Assembly: GCA_964463805.1 (NCBI GenBank)
Contig: CAYXDS010000001.1
Span: 1-53,274 of the forward strand
Source: an uncultured Elusimicrobia bacterium
Lineage (GTDB): Bacteria; Elusimicrobiota; Elusimicrobia; F11
DNA length: 53,274 nucleotides
Direction: 5' to 3'
Shown here: positions 25,955 through 35,261 of the stretch, piece after piece
How positions within the stretch are numbered: position 1 is the stretch's first letter
Layout: each line of letters starts with the position of its first letter
Made by a program: the position numbers and the translations under genes
Notes under the pieces: model-generated
What the model saw: the letters and a program-made list of their open reading frames with translations, nothing else
Database searches by the model: none
Told to the model about the DNA's origin: nothing

Positions 25955-26587
25955 ATGGAACAACTGCATGATTTGTTGGCCCGCATTTATAATTTCCAAG
26001 AATTGATCCGTACCGGTGGATACGTAGCGTTAACCGTAATCGTTTTTGCAGAAACCGGTTTGTTGGCCGGTTTCTTTTTGCCCGGCGATTCGATGCTGGT
26101 CACAGCCGGCCTCGTTTGCGCGTTGGAAAACACGCTGAACATATGGGTTTTGAATGGACTGTTGATCGCGGCCGCCATCGTTGGCGATACGACAGGATAT
26201 TGGATCGGTTACCATTTGGGCCCGAAACTGTTTAATAAAGAAGATTCTTTGCTGTTCAAGCGCAGCCATTTGTTGCGCACGCATGCTTTCTACGAGAAAC
26301 ACGGCCCGAAAACGATCGTGCTCGCGCGTTTCGTGCCGATTGTGCGCACATTCGCGCCGACCGTGGCTGGAATGGCCAAAATGGATTACAAGAAGTTCAT
26401 CGTCTACAACGTGGTCGGCGGCATCGGGTGGGTGTTGAGTATGACCTCGGTCGGATATTTCTTGGGTCGTTCGATTCCGAACATCGATAAGAAAATTCAC
26501 CACGTGGTGCTGATCGTGATTTTCTTGTCGTTTATTCCGATCTTGATTGAGTGGTGGAAGGCGCGACGCGAATCAGGGAAACAGTAG
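25955..26587 (+). CDS. DedA/VTT-family membrane protein
   Basis: FAETGLLAGFFLPGDSMLV, HGPKTIVLARFVPIVRTFAP.VAG... is the typical DedA pattern. Confidence 0.8.
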   Translation: MEQLHDLLARIYNFQELIRTGGYVALTVIVFAETGLLAGFFLPGDSMLVTAGLVCALENTLNIWVLNGLLIAAAIVGDTTGYWIGYHLGPKLFNKEDSLLFKRSHLLRTHAFYEKHGPKTIVLARFVPIVRTFAPTVAGMAKMDYKKFIVYNVVGGIGWVLSMTSVGYFLGRSIPNIDKKIHHVVLIVIFLSFIPILIEWWKARRESGKQ

Positions 26588-27157
26588 GTGTTTCTCCCAT
26601 CCCTTGCCGTGGCTTTCGTACAAAGTCCGGTAATGGAGGCGATGCGGCGCCGCTTTCCAGAATTCGATGCGGTTCGGTTTCACGCGATAGCCTGACCACC
26701 AGTTCGGTCGCGGCACCGGCGCGTTCGCGTATTTCTTTTCGAATTCGGCCACGCGGTCTTCGAGCGTTTTCCGGTGCTCGAGCACGCGCGATTGCAGCGA
26801 CGCCCACGCGCCGATCTGGCTTTCGCGCGGCCGCGTTTTCCAATACTCGTCCGCCTCTTCGCGCGACACCGGTGTCACGGTCCCTTCGATATGCACTTGT
26901 TCTTCCAGCGACTTCCAGTGGAACGAAAGCGACGCGCGCGGATTTGCGGCCAGATGCTGCGCCTTGCGGCTTTCATGGTTCGTGAAAAAAACGAACCCGT
27001 GATCGTCGTATCCTTTCAATAACACCACGCGCGTCGACGGCCGACCGTCCGCGCTGGCCGTGCCAAGCGTCATTGCGTTCGCGTCCGACGGCTCGCTTTT
27101 CTTCGCGCGCTCGAACGCCGTGGTGAATTCTTGAAGTGCTTCCTTGTAAAGATCCAT
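26573..27157 (-). CDS. pdxH: pyridoxamine 5'-phosphate oxidase
   Basis: PSTRVVLLKGYDDHGFVFFTNHESRK, IEGTV, RIEFWKAAPHRLHYR. 194 aa. There is a 15-nt convergent overlap with the DedA gene. Confidence 0.88.
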   Translation of the reverse strand: MDLYKEALQEFTTAFERAKKSEPSDANAMTLGTASADGRPSTRVVLLKGYDDHGFVFFTNHESRKAQHLAANPRASLSFHWKSLEEQVHIEGTVTPVSREEADEYWKTRPRESQIGAWASLQSRVLEHRKTLEDRVAEFEKKYANAPVPRPNWWSGYRVKPNRIEFWKAAPHRLHYRTLYESHGKGWEKHLLFP

Positions 27158-27198
27158 ACCAAGCGATTATTACAAAATTATTATAGAAGCCTGGTCGG

Positions 27199-27504
27199 AT
27201 GGAGCGGAAATATCTGCGCATGATCGGCAAAATGAAGAAAGACGGACCGAAGGAATGGGGCGTCTATATTTTGCGATGCGAAGACGGATCGCTTTACACC
27301 GGCATCGCCAAGGACGTGGACGCGCGATTTAAGCAACACCAGTGCGGAAAAGGCGCCGCTTACACGAAAACGCATCCGCCGGTCGCGCTCGTTTATCGCG
27401 AACTCGAGATGACGCGGTCCGAGGCGTTGATCCGCGAAGCCGCTTTGAAAAGATTGCCCAAACAAAAGAAAGAGGAGATGTGCGATGGAAGAAAAGAACA
27501 TTGA
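27199..27504 (+). CDS. small GIY-YIG nuclease-superfamily protein (YhbQ/UPF0213-like)
   Basis: WGVYILRCEDGSLYTGIAKDVDARFKQH..G.GA.YT......LVY.E......A...E...K is the GIY-YIG core. The start could also be an internal Met at 27220 or 27232. Confidence 0.75.
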   Translation: MERKYLRMIGKMKKDGPKEWGVYILRCEDGSLYTGIAKDVDARFKQHQCGKGAAYTKTHPPVALVYRELEMTRSEALIREAALKRLPKQKKEEMCDGRKEH

Positions 27505-27736
27505 ATGTAAAGTGGTGAAAGTTTTGATGTCGACGGATGCGGGCGGGTTCGGCGCGAATCAGTTGCGCGTTGTGCGGTGGATCGTCAACGGCAAAGACAC
27601 CGGCGCGCTTTTGGAAAAAAGAAATCTTTACACGACCAAAGACGGGCAGGAGCGCATGGGCAAAGCCAAAGGATTCAATATGACCGACGTCGCCTACGTG
27701 GTCGAAAACTGGAAAGAAATCCAAACCTTGCTATAA
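27485..27736 (+). CDS. small protein resembling bacterial PC4/YdbC-like ssDNA-binding proteins
   Basis: GAGGAG SD. LRVVRW..NGKDTGALLEKRNLYTTKDGQERMGKAKGFNMTDVAYVVENWKEI is colinear by eye with the PC4 C-terminal domain ([46 protein letters not shown]). It overlaps the GIY-YIG gene by 20 nt. Confidence 0.45.
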   Translation: MEEKNIECKVVKVLMSTDAGGFGANQLRVVRWIVNGKDTGALLEKRNLYTTKDGQERMGKAKGFNMTDVAYVVENWKEIQTLL

Positions 27737-27782
27737 AAAAAACCGCACGACTCGCCTTCCCCCTGAAGGCCGAGCCGTGCGG
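27735..27782 (-). terminator. intrinsic terminator for tpx, a hairpin shared with the convergent gene
   Basis: GC-rich stem CCGCACG-A-CTCG-CCTTC / GAAGG-C-CGAG-C-CGTGCGG (27743-27782). On the minus strand it is followed by U8 (the A8 run at 27735-27742). Confidence 0.75.
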
Positions 27783-27798
27783 CATAGCGGTGTAAGTC

Positions 27799-28302
27799 TT
27801 AGTTTTTAAGTGCTGCGACCGCGGCCGTGTAATTCGGCTCTTGCGCGATTTCCGGCACTTGCTCGGTGTACTTCACGGTTCCGTTCTCGTCAATCACGAC
27901 GACCGCGCGCGAGAAAAGTCCAGCCAACGCACCGTCGGCGATCCGCACGCCGTAGCTGTCTCCGAACGTCAAGTTGCGAAGTTCGGATGCCGGCACCACG
28001 TTTTTCAAACCCTCGGCGCCGCAGAAGCGGTTCAGCGCGAACGGCAGGTCTTTCGACACGCAAAGTACGGTCGTGTTCGGTAACTTGTTCAATTCCTCGT
28101 TAAATTTCCGGGTCGAGGCTTGGCAGACCGGCGTGTCGATGCTCGGAAAAATATTCAACACGACTTTCTTGCCTTGCAGATCTTTCAGCGAAATATCGGA
28201 CAAATCCGTTTTCGTCAATTTGAATTCCGGCGCTTTGCTGCCGACTTGAGGCAGATTGCCGGCGGTTTTCACCGGGTTTCCTTTGAATGTAATGCTAGCC
28301 AT
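27799..28302 (-). CDS. tpx: thiol peroxidase
   Basis: KAPEFKLT, VVLNIFPSIDTPVCQ, FCGAEG. 167 aa, AGGAGG SD. Confidence 0.9.
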   Translation of the reverse strand: MASITFKGNPVKTAGNLPQVGSKAPEFKLTKTDLSDISLKDLQGKKVVLNIFPSIDTPVCQASTRKFNEELNKLPNTTVLCVSKDLPFALNRFCGAEGLKNVVPASELRNLTFGDSYGVRIADGALAGLFSRAVVVIDENGTVKYTEQVPEIAQEPNYTAAVAALKN

Positions 28303-28347
28303 AACGTCCTCCTGGATGATGTTGCGGCGGATTTATACCTTTTGAAG

Positions 28348-30528
28348 TTACCGGTTGAACAGTCCCTTCAGCAGTTTTTCGCCCTGTTTTTTTAGGTCGT
28401 CGCCGTATTTTTCTTTGAGCGTTTCGATCGCCTTCTTTTTAATTTCGGTGGTGTCGACTTTCACGTCCGGTTCGCCGACCGTTCCTTTAATAGTCATGTT
28501 CAATGTGGCCCGGCCTTGTTCGTCATTTAATATTTCGCCGACCGATCCGCCGATAAGACCGGATGCCGCTTTCACGACCGAGGTAAGATTCAACGGCTGG
28601 GCACCGGTCAAACCGACCGTTCCTTTCATTGTGGCGCCGATCTGGGACGAGTCCAGCACGTAGGATGTCACCGTCATCAGGCCCGCTTTGAACGTGTAAT
28701 CGCCGGTCATGCTTTGATACGCGATATTGTCGAACGACGGCAACTTTATCGCCCCGCCCGCCGCTTTGCTCGCTTTTTGCAGCAACGTGATCGGCAAAAA
28801 CAAAATCCGCGCCGCTTTCGAGTCGGCGGTTAGCTTCTGAATGTTTTGGAATTGGCCCGGCCCCACTTTCATCGAAGCCGTGCCGGCCATTTTCGCCATG
28901 TCGGCCGCATTCGTGAGGTTCCATTCGAGAGTGGGTTTTTGACCGGAGAAGTAGTCGTGCTTGATCAGATTGCCGGTCATCTTGCCCGACGTGTCGGTGG
29001 TCGTGAAGTTGATCGTCGATTCAATGCCGGTCATCTTCACGCCGAATGTAGACACCGCTACGTTCTCCAAACGCGCGACTCCTTTTACATCAGCGCTGGT
29101 TACTTTCATTGTGACCGTCGTTTTGCCGGTTAATCCATAGCCTTGCATCGGCGGTACCATCGGCGCAATGTCCTCGAGTGAAAATGCGTTTGTCTTTAAA
29201 TTGAACGCATACGTTGATTTATACGTGCCATCGCCTGCGCAGACGAGTTGGCTCAACGTGAATTTCAGATCTTTGAGCGTCAGCGCGAGCGGCATCGCAT
29301 AGGCGCCCGACGTTTCGAAGGACATCGGCACGCCGGCCGCTTTTTTAAACGAGGCGCCGTAGACGACCTCGAGCGGCTTCCCATCCAATTTCAATGTCAG
29401 TTGCCCCGCGTCGGCTGTGCCGTCGACATCGACCGTTGCTTTGGCGGCCCCCCCCAATTTCACGTCTTTCGGAAGCGTGTCGGGCGCGAGCATGCCGAGC
29501 ATCGCTGCGATCGGAAACTCATTCGTCTGGGCTGAAATTTTAAAACGCCGCGATGGATCGGCCGGACTTTTGATCGCGCCTTGGCCCGAAAGCGACAACG
29601 CTCCAACCGCCACGTTGAATGTCGTGTCGACGGCCGCCATCGTTCCTTTCAACGTGATGTCGCCTTTGATCGGATCTTTGAATTTCAACGACGCCGGCAT
29701 TGCGCCGAGCGCGGTTAACAACGACGGCTCGAGTTTTGCGATTTTCGTGTTTATGTCGAACGACGGCGCGTCGCCGGTCAACTCTTTCGTCTCGCCGCTC
29801 ACGAGGATCTTCGATTCGCCGCTGGCCAATGACAGCTCTTTGATTTTTGCGGAGCCTTTGATCAGATTGACCGACCCTGCAAACGCGATGGCGGCTTGAA
29901 TTCCTTTCGTCTTCACGTCAAACGACGTTTTCATTTCGACCGGCGCCACCAACGTCAGATTTCGAATCGTCAAATCCAAGTTGTCAATGTCCGTCGATTG
30001 TGCGGCCGGCGATTTGTCGACGAATGAAATATGGCCCGAAGAAAGAGTCATTTTTGAAACGAGGAATGCGAGCGGTGACGGCGCTTGTTCGGCAGGCGCT
30101 GAGGCGGTGGATGTCACAGTGGTCGACGACGTGGCGGTCAAACTCGAGAAGTTGAACGTTTTGCCGTCTGCGTTCCGAACCACGTTTACTTGCGGTTTAA
30201 CGAGCTCCAATTCTTTAATGAATACTTTCTTTTGGAGCAACGGCAAAAGCCGTGGCACGACCACGAATTTTTCGCTCGACACGAACGTGCCGGCCGAGAA
30301 GTCGGGCGCTTCGGACAGAGAAAAATTCGAAATGCCTAAACCCGTGAACAAACTCACCGATACATCGCCGAGTTTCACTTGCCGATGCAGTTGGGCCGCC
30401 GCTTGTTTTTCGATCAGCGCTTTGATTTTTTCCGGGGGAAAGAAAATTTTCACCGCAATGGCGGCAGCGATCACGAGAATCGCGAGGCCGGCGGCCAGCC
30501 AAATGAGAACCTTCAGAAATTTTTTCAT
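28348..30528 (-). CDS. AsmA-family outer-membrane biogenesis protein
   Basis: N-terminal anchor MKKFLKVLIWLAAGLAILVIAAAIAV. A long beta-rich repetitive body follows, and the conserved C-terminal part includes TIKGTVGEPDVKVD. Confidence 0.7.
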   Translation of the reverse strand: MKKFLKVLIWLAAGLAILVIAAAIAVKIFFPPEKIKALIEKQAAAQLHRQVKLGDVSVSLFTGLGISNFSLSEAPDFSAGTFVSSEKFVVVPRLLPLLQKKVFIKELELVKPQVNVVRNADGKTFNFSSLTATSSTTVTSTASAPAEQAPSPLAFLVSKMTLSSGHISFVDKSPAAQSTDIDNLDLTIRNLTLVAPVEMKTSFDVKTKGIQAAIAFAGSVNLIKGSAKIKELSLASGESKILVSGETKELTGDAPSFDINTKIAKLEPSLLTALGAMPASLKFKDPIKGDITLKGTMAAVDTTFNVAVGALSLSGQGAIKSPADPSRRFKISAQTNEFPIAAMLGMLAPDTLPKDVKLGGAAKATVDVDGTADAGQLTLKLDGKPLEVVYGASFKKAAGVPMSFETSGAYAMPLALTLKDLKFTLSQLVCAGDGTYKSTYAFNLKTNAFSLEDIAPMVPPMQGYGLTGKTTVTMKVTSADVKGVARLENVAVSTFGVKMTGIESTINFTTTDTSGKMTGNLIKHDYFSGQKPTLEWNLTNAADMAKMAGTASMKVGPGQFQNIQKLTADSKAARILFLPITLLQKASKAAGGAIKLPSFDNIAYQSMTGDYTFKAGLMTVTSYVLDSSQIGATMKGTVGLTGAQPLNLTSVVKAASGLIGGSVGEILNDEQGRATLNMTIKGTVGEPDVKVDTTEIKKKAIETLKEKYGDDLKKQGEKLLKGLFNR

Positions 30529-31715
30529 GCGTTTATTTTACTTCTGAATCTTTCGCGAAACACGCGGGTCATGACGCCGACGCTCAATAATGTGATGGTT
30601 CCGCCGATCAACACCGACGGCACTATGCCTAAAAATTTCGCGGCGAGCCCCGATTCAAACGCGCCCACTTCGTTCGAGGTGCTGATAAAAATGCTGCTGA
30701 CCGACGACACGCGTCCGCGTAAATGGTCGGGCGTCGACGCCTGGTAGATGCTTTGACGGATAATCACGCTGACGCCGTCGGCGGCGCCGCCGAGCGCGAG
30801 GAAAAAAACCGCCAGAAAGATGTTCGGCGACAGCGCGAACGCGATCATGCACAAACCGAATACGAACACCACGATCCGCAGCGCGCGCCACGTAGGCCGA
30901 ACGAACGGTCGCGCCGCTTGAATCGCTGAAATCGTCGCCGACCCGAACCCGGGCGCCGCTTTTAGGAAACCGAATCCGATCGACCCCGCGTTCAGCCGAT
31001 CCGCGAAAAAAGGGTAAAGCGCGACCACGTCGCCGAACAACACGGCAACCATGTCGAGCGACATCGCGGCCAGGATCATCGGTTGCGACCAGATGAAACG
31101 CAGTCCGTGTTTCACACGCTCGAGGCCCGACTCGGTTTCGCCGGTCGGCGGCGGCACGTGAATCGGATGCAGCCGCACCGCCAGAACCAATGAGATCAGA
31201 ATGAAAACGCCGGCGACTCCGTAGAGGGCGCGCGCGCTGAAATGAAGCAACAACCAGCCGCCGGCGATCGGGCCCGTGATCAACGCCGCTTGAAATAAGC
31301 CGAGATTCCAGCCCATCGCCTTCGGAAATTCGTGTTTTGGGATCAACAATTGGCCGTACGCGCTCGTCGACACATTTTCGAAACTCGTGCAGAGTCCCGT
31401 AAATGCCGTGATCAAATAAAAAAACCAAACCGGCGGATGGTCCATCAGCGTTCCGGCCAACAGCGCGCAGGAGCTCAGGAAGAGTCCGACCTCGGAGCGG
31501 ATCATAAACGAACGCTTCTCATGACGATCGACCAAATGACCGGCCCACAACGCGATACCGACGAACGGCACCGCTTCAACAAGCCCCAGCATGCCGAGCG
31601 CGAGTGGATCGCGTGTGAGCTGAAAGATTTGCCACGCGATCGCGGTCGCCTGCAGTTGCTTGCCGAAGTTCGAGAAGAACCGCGATCCGAGCCAATACGA
31701 AAACGATTTTTTCAT
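30525..31715 (-). CDS. MFS transporter
   Basis: ~12 TM segments and LVDRHEKR-type loop 2-3. ATG 31715 is chosen because it forms an ATGA overlap with the upstream stop. The longer ORF-track start at 31817 would overlap the previous gene. Confidence 0.7.
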   Translation of the reverse strand: MKKSFSYWLGSRFFSNFGKQLQATAIAWQIFQLTRDPLALGMLGLVEAVPFVGIALWAGHLVDRHEKRSFMIRSEVGLFLSSCALLAGTLMDHPPVWFFYLITAFTGLCTSFENVSTSAYGQLLIPKHEFPKAMGWNLGLFQAALITGPIAGGWLLLHFSARALYGVAGVFILISLVLAVRLHPIHVPPPTGETESGLERVKHGLRFIWSQPMILAAMSLDMVAVLFGDVVALYPFFADRLNAGSIGFGFLKAAPGFGSATISAIQAARPFVRPTWRALRIVVFVFGLCMIAFALSPNIFLAVFFLALGGAADGVSVIIRQSIYQASTPDHLRGRVSSVSSIFISTSNEVGAFESGLAAKFLGIVPSVLIGGTITLLSVGVMTRVFRERFRSKINA

Positions 31716-32350
31716 GAACGGTTTGACGACAATTCGAATGGCCCTATTTCGCGGATGCGCGCACGCATGCCGTACCACGTGGCGCCGGCCGTCATCCAGA
31801 CTTCGTTGAGGTCCCATTCAAGCTTGGGTACCGGAAATGAAGTTGATCCCAGCATCGACGGTTTTAAAAATCTCATGAACGTTACATGGGCGGAGGGCGA
31901 CGTCGCTCGCGGCGCACAACGAATTTGTTTCTCGGTCAACCGTGCCGCCAAATGGTTGCGAAACGCTTCCATTTGTTCCAATCCCCCGGTGAAACTGACA
32001 GCGGCCGCCGCTTCATCGATCCGTACGTGAGGATTGGACAATCGCACGTGCGGCGGCGATTTCATTGCCTCTCCGATTTCCCTCCGCACTTGCTGTTCAA
32101 GCTGGGTCCCCGCGTTGGCGTCGGCGCCCGATACGATTTCGAACACGGTTAAGTGCAGGTCGGGTTCCGGATAGAAATATTGTCCCGGGTCCCGTTTTTG
32201 AATTTGGGTTTGCAGATCGCGGATAAGTTTTCGCACGGCGGCCGGCGGCCGCGCGATCACGTTCACTCCAAAACGGTTATCGGCGCCGGGCGACCGCAAT
32301 TCCTCGAGCAAACGTTCGTCAATCATCGGAAACGTCTTCGGGGTCCGCAT
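31712..32350 (-). CDS. 2H phosphoesterase superfamily protein (LigT/cyclic phosphodiesterase-like)
   Basis: Two HxT motifs in the right context (LHLTVFE and AHVTFMR). The start is 32350 or 32326, and both overlap the CDF gene end. Confidence 0.6.
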   Translation of the reverse strand: MRTPKTFPMIDERLLEELRSPGADNRFGVNVIARPPAAVRKLIRDLQTQIQKRDPGQYFYPEPDLHLTVFEIVSGADANAGTQLEQQVRREIGEAMKSPPHVRLSNPHVRIDEAAAAVSFTGGLEQMEAFRNHLAARLTEKQIRCAPRATSPSAHVTFMRFLKPSMLGSTSFPVPKLEWDLNEVWMTAGATWYGMRARIREIGPFELSSNRS

Positions 32351-33200
32351 GGACGGTCACGACTGAGCCCGGATATTTCTCCTTCAATTTATGAATAAGT
32401 CCGGTTGTGATCGCGTGTGCTTCTTTAAACGTTTCGACGCCGCGCAGCACCACGTGAAATTCGATGAATTTCGTGGGGCCGACTTGGCGCGTGCGCAGAT
32501 CGTGATAACCGGTGACGTTCGGACCGAATGAATGGATTTCGTGATCGATTTCTTTGAGCAAAGGTTCCGGCAGTTGCACGTCGAGCAATTCCGACAGTGT
32601 GCCACGAAAAATCGAAGCGACATTTTTAATCAAGTAGACCACGATCAAAAGCGAAATCAACGGATCCCATAACGCGCCGCCTGTCGTTTTATAAAGGAGG
32701 AACGAGACCAGCACACCCAGATAAACGAGCGTGTCCGACGCGTAATGCAAATATTCGGAAGCCATGACTTGCGAGTTCGTAGCGATCATCGATGCGCGCA
32801 AATTCTTTGAATGCCAAAGATTCAACGCGAGCGCGATGGCTGTAATGGCGATGCCGACCCCGGCATCGGTGATCGGCTCCGGCTTCAAAAGCCGTTTCAC
32901 GGCCATGCTCGCTAGGCCGATTGCCGCGCCGCCGATCACGAAGCTTTGAACGAGGCCGGCCAGGCTCTCGAACTTGCCGTGTCCGTACGGGTGATCGTGA
33001 TCCGCCGGTTTCGACGACGATCGCACCAATGCGAAATTCGCGAGCGAGACCACGAGATCCATAAACGAGTCGGCCGCGCTTGCGAGGATCGCCATCGAGT
33101 TCGTGAGAAAGAAAACCGCGAGTTTGAACAGCATGAGTCCGGCCGCGATCGACAACGATCGCATCAATAATTTTGTTCGAGAATGGGGCGCGTGCGTCAT
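32319..33200 (-). CDS. cation diffusion facilitator (CDF) family metal efflux transporter
   Basis: 6 TM segments. ADSFMDLV and HYASDTLV are metal-site motifs. The C-terminal cytoplasmic domain includes HDLRTRQVG and the ending VTVHADPED. Confidence 0.8.
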   Translation of the reverse strand: MTHAPHSRTKLLMRSLSIAAGLMLFKLAVFFLTNSMAILASAADSFMDLVVSLANFALVRSSSKPADHDHPYGHGKFESLAGLVQSFVIGGAAIGLASMAVKRLLKPEPITDAGVGIAITAIALALNLWHSKNLRASMIATNSQVMASEYLHYASDTLVYLGVLVSFLLYKTTGGALWDPLISLLIVVYLIKNVASIFRGTLSELLDVQLPEPLLKEIDHEIHSFGPNVTGYHDLRTRQVGPTKFIEFHVVLRGVETFKEAHAITTGLIHKLKEKYPGSVVTVHADPEDVSDD

Positions 33201-33240
33201 ACCATGGGATTATAACAACGGAAAAACTACAATCGGCTCA

Positions 33241-34308
33241 ATGCCATCCCGTTTTACGATCGATCGCGAACTGCTGATACGAATTTTCTTCTTCGTTGCG
33301 TTCTTCTTTTTGTTGACCCAGGTGTTTCTGCTCGCGAAACCGTTTTTACCCTCGGTGCTCGTCGCCGGCATCCTCGCGATGATGTTCGCACCGCTGCACC
33401 GCCGCGTGCTCAAATGGGTGCGCAAGCCGGATTTGGCGGCACTGATTATGACGTTCGCGGTTGTTCTAGCCGGTCTTGTGCCGTTGATCGTGTTCGTCTG
33501 GATCGTGATCCATGAGTCGAACAATTTGATTCCGGCGGTCCAAAGCGTGCTCGCGCAACTCAACAGCGGCGATCTGAACGCCTATCGCGATAAAATTCCC
33601 GAGTCGTTTGCATCCGCGTTCGACCGCGTCGCTACTTTCTTTGGCGGGCTAAACGTGGACGTGCGCGGGTTGATCCTTGATAACGCCCGCGAACTCGGCG
33701 CGCGGTTTTCCGCTCTCGGCGCGTTCATCGCGCGCAACATCTTCATCACGTTTTTCCGATTGTTGATTCTCGTTCTGTCGATGTTCTTCATGTTTCGCGA
33801 CGGCGAAAGTTTGTTCATCTGGGCGTTAAATCTCATTCCGATGGAAACGCACCATAAGATGTCGGTCGCGCGCAGCGCGTACGAAACCTTTTGGGCGGTC
33901 ACGATCGGCGTGTTCCTCACCGCCGCCGCGCAAGCGAGCACCGCGCTGATTGGGTTTGTGGTGGCCGGGGTGCGCATGCCCGTGTTGCTGGCGCTTGCGG
34001 TGGCCGTCGTGTCGTTGCTCGGTGCGTCGTTCATCGTGTGCTTGCCGGTCGCATTGTTCATGATGCTCGATAGCTTTCCGAAGGGCATGTTCCTATTAAT
34101 ATGGGGCATGGTCGTCGTCGGTTGGCTTGACAATTTATTGAAACCACTTTTAATCGGCTCTCGCGCGCGCATGCCGTTCGTGCTCGTGTTCTTCAGCATC
34201 CTCGGCGGCCTTAAGATGTACGGTTTGGTTGGCATCATCCTTGGCCCCGTGTTGGTGGCGTGCGTGCTCGCTTTCATCCGCATTTATAAAGAGACCTACA
34301 GCTCGTGA
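33241..34308 (+). CDS. AI-2E family transporter (PerM/UPF0118), copy 1
   Basis: Polytopic protein with the typical C-terminal pattern WLDNLLKPLLIGSRARMPFVLVFFSILGGLKMYGLVGIILGPV. Confidence 0.75.
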   Translation: MPSRFTIDRELLIRIFFFVAFFFLLTQVFLLAKPFLPSVLVAGILAMMFAPLHRRVLKWVRKPDLAALIMTFAVVLAGLVPLIVFVWIVIHESNNLIPAVQSVLAQLNSGDLNAYRDKIPESFASAFDRVATFFGGLNVDVRGLILDNARELGARFSALGAFIARNIFITFFRLLILVLSMFFMFRDGESLFIWALNLIPMETHHKMSVARSAYETFWAVTIGVFLTAAAQASTALIGFVVAGVRMPVLLALAVAVVSLLGASFIVCLPVALFMMLDSFPKGMFLLIWGMVVVGWLDNLLKPLLIGSRARMPFVLVFFSILGGLKMYGLVGIILGPVLVACVLAFIRIYKETYSS

Positions 34309-35231
34309 ACGGACCGATTGTATGGGCGGGTTTTCTCGTTTTGGTCGGCGCTCTGCTCGCACTCGACTTGTTCGTTTTCCATCGTCACGCGCATGAAGTG
34401 AAATTCAAAGAAGCGGTGAAGATGTCGTTGTTTTGGATCGGCGTTGCGCTCGCGTTCAACGCGGGCCTTTTTTATTTCGAAGGCCGCAAGAAAGCGATGG
34501 AATTTCTCGCCGGTTATGTGATTGAAAAATCCCTTAGCGTCGACAATCTTTTCGTTTTCATCATGCTGTTTTCGTATTACCGGGTGCCTGCGTCGCTTCA
34601 ACACAAGGTGTTGTATTGGGGCATCGTCGGCGCGCTCGTGATGCGCGCGCTCTTTATCTTGGCCGGCGTGGCCATGATTCAACGATTCGAATGGACCACC
34701 TATCTGTTTGGCGCGTTCCTTATTTATACCGGCATCAAAATGGCATTTTCGGATGAGGTGGATGTGGATCCAAACAAGAATATCGTGTTGCGGATCGCCA
34801 AGCGGATCCTGCCGATGACCGAACAAAACCGCCGCGGCAGTTTTTTCGTGAAGGAGGGCGGACGTTGGCTGGCCACGCCATTGTTCATCGTTTTGCTCGT
34901 CGTTGAAACCACCGACGTGGTTTTTGCCGTCGATTCGATCCCGGCCGTGCTCGCCGTTTCGGCCGATCCGTTCATCGTGTTTTCGTCAAACGTGTTCGCG
35001 ATCTTGGGTTTGCGCGCGTTGTATTTCGCGCTGGCCGGCGTGATGGGATTGTTCCGCTTCCTCAAATACGGTTTGTCGATCGTGCTCGCGTTCGTCGGTT
35101 TTAAGATGGCGGCCGCTCATTACATCAAACTGCCGATCGGAGTTTCGCTGGGCGTGGTGTTGGGCGTGCTCGGGCTATCGGTGCTCGCTTCGATTTTTCT
35201 CCCGGCGCCGGAGATCGAAGAAAAAAAGTAG
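34305..35231 (+). CDS. TerC-family membrane protein
   Basis: EKSLSVDNLFVFIMLF and VFAVDSIPAVLAVS are the duplicated TerC motifs. The GTG start overlaps the upstream stop (GTGA). Confidence 0.8.
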   Translation: MNGPIVWAGFLVLVGALLALDLFVFHRHAHEVKFKEAVKMSLFWIGVALAFNAGLFYFEGRKKAMEFLAGYVIEKSLSVDNLFVFIMLFSYYRVPASLQHKVLYWGIVGALVMRALFILAGVAMIQRFEWTTYLFGAFLIYTGIKMAFSDEVDVDPNKNIVLRIAKRILPMTEQNRRGSFFVKEGGRWLATPLFIVLLVVETTDVVFAVDSIPAVLAVSADPFIVFSSNVFAILGLRALYFALAGVMGLFRFLKYGLSIVLAFVGFKMAAAHYIKLPIGVSLGVVLGVLGLSVLASIFLPAPEIEEKK

Positions 35232-35261
35232 GAACCTGCGGCGAACGAGGCCCGTTCGACT

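Noticed and set aside
34250-34320. Possible yybP-ykoY (Mn2+) riboswitch ahead of the TerC-family gene
   Set aside because: The TerC start (GTG 34305) overlaps the stop of the upstream AI-2E gene, so there is no leader in which a riboswitch could reside.
35242-35258. Small hairpin CGAACG-AGGCC-CGTTCG between the convergent TerC and purK genes
   Set aside because: The stem is only 6 bp and has no adjacent U tract on either strand. It is too weak to call a terminator.
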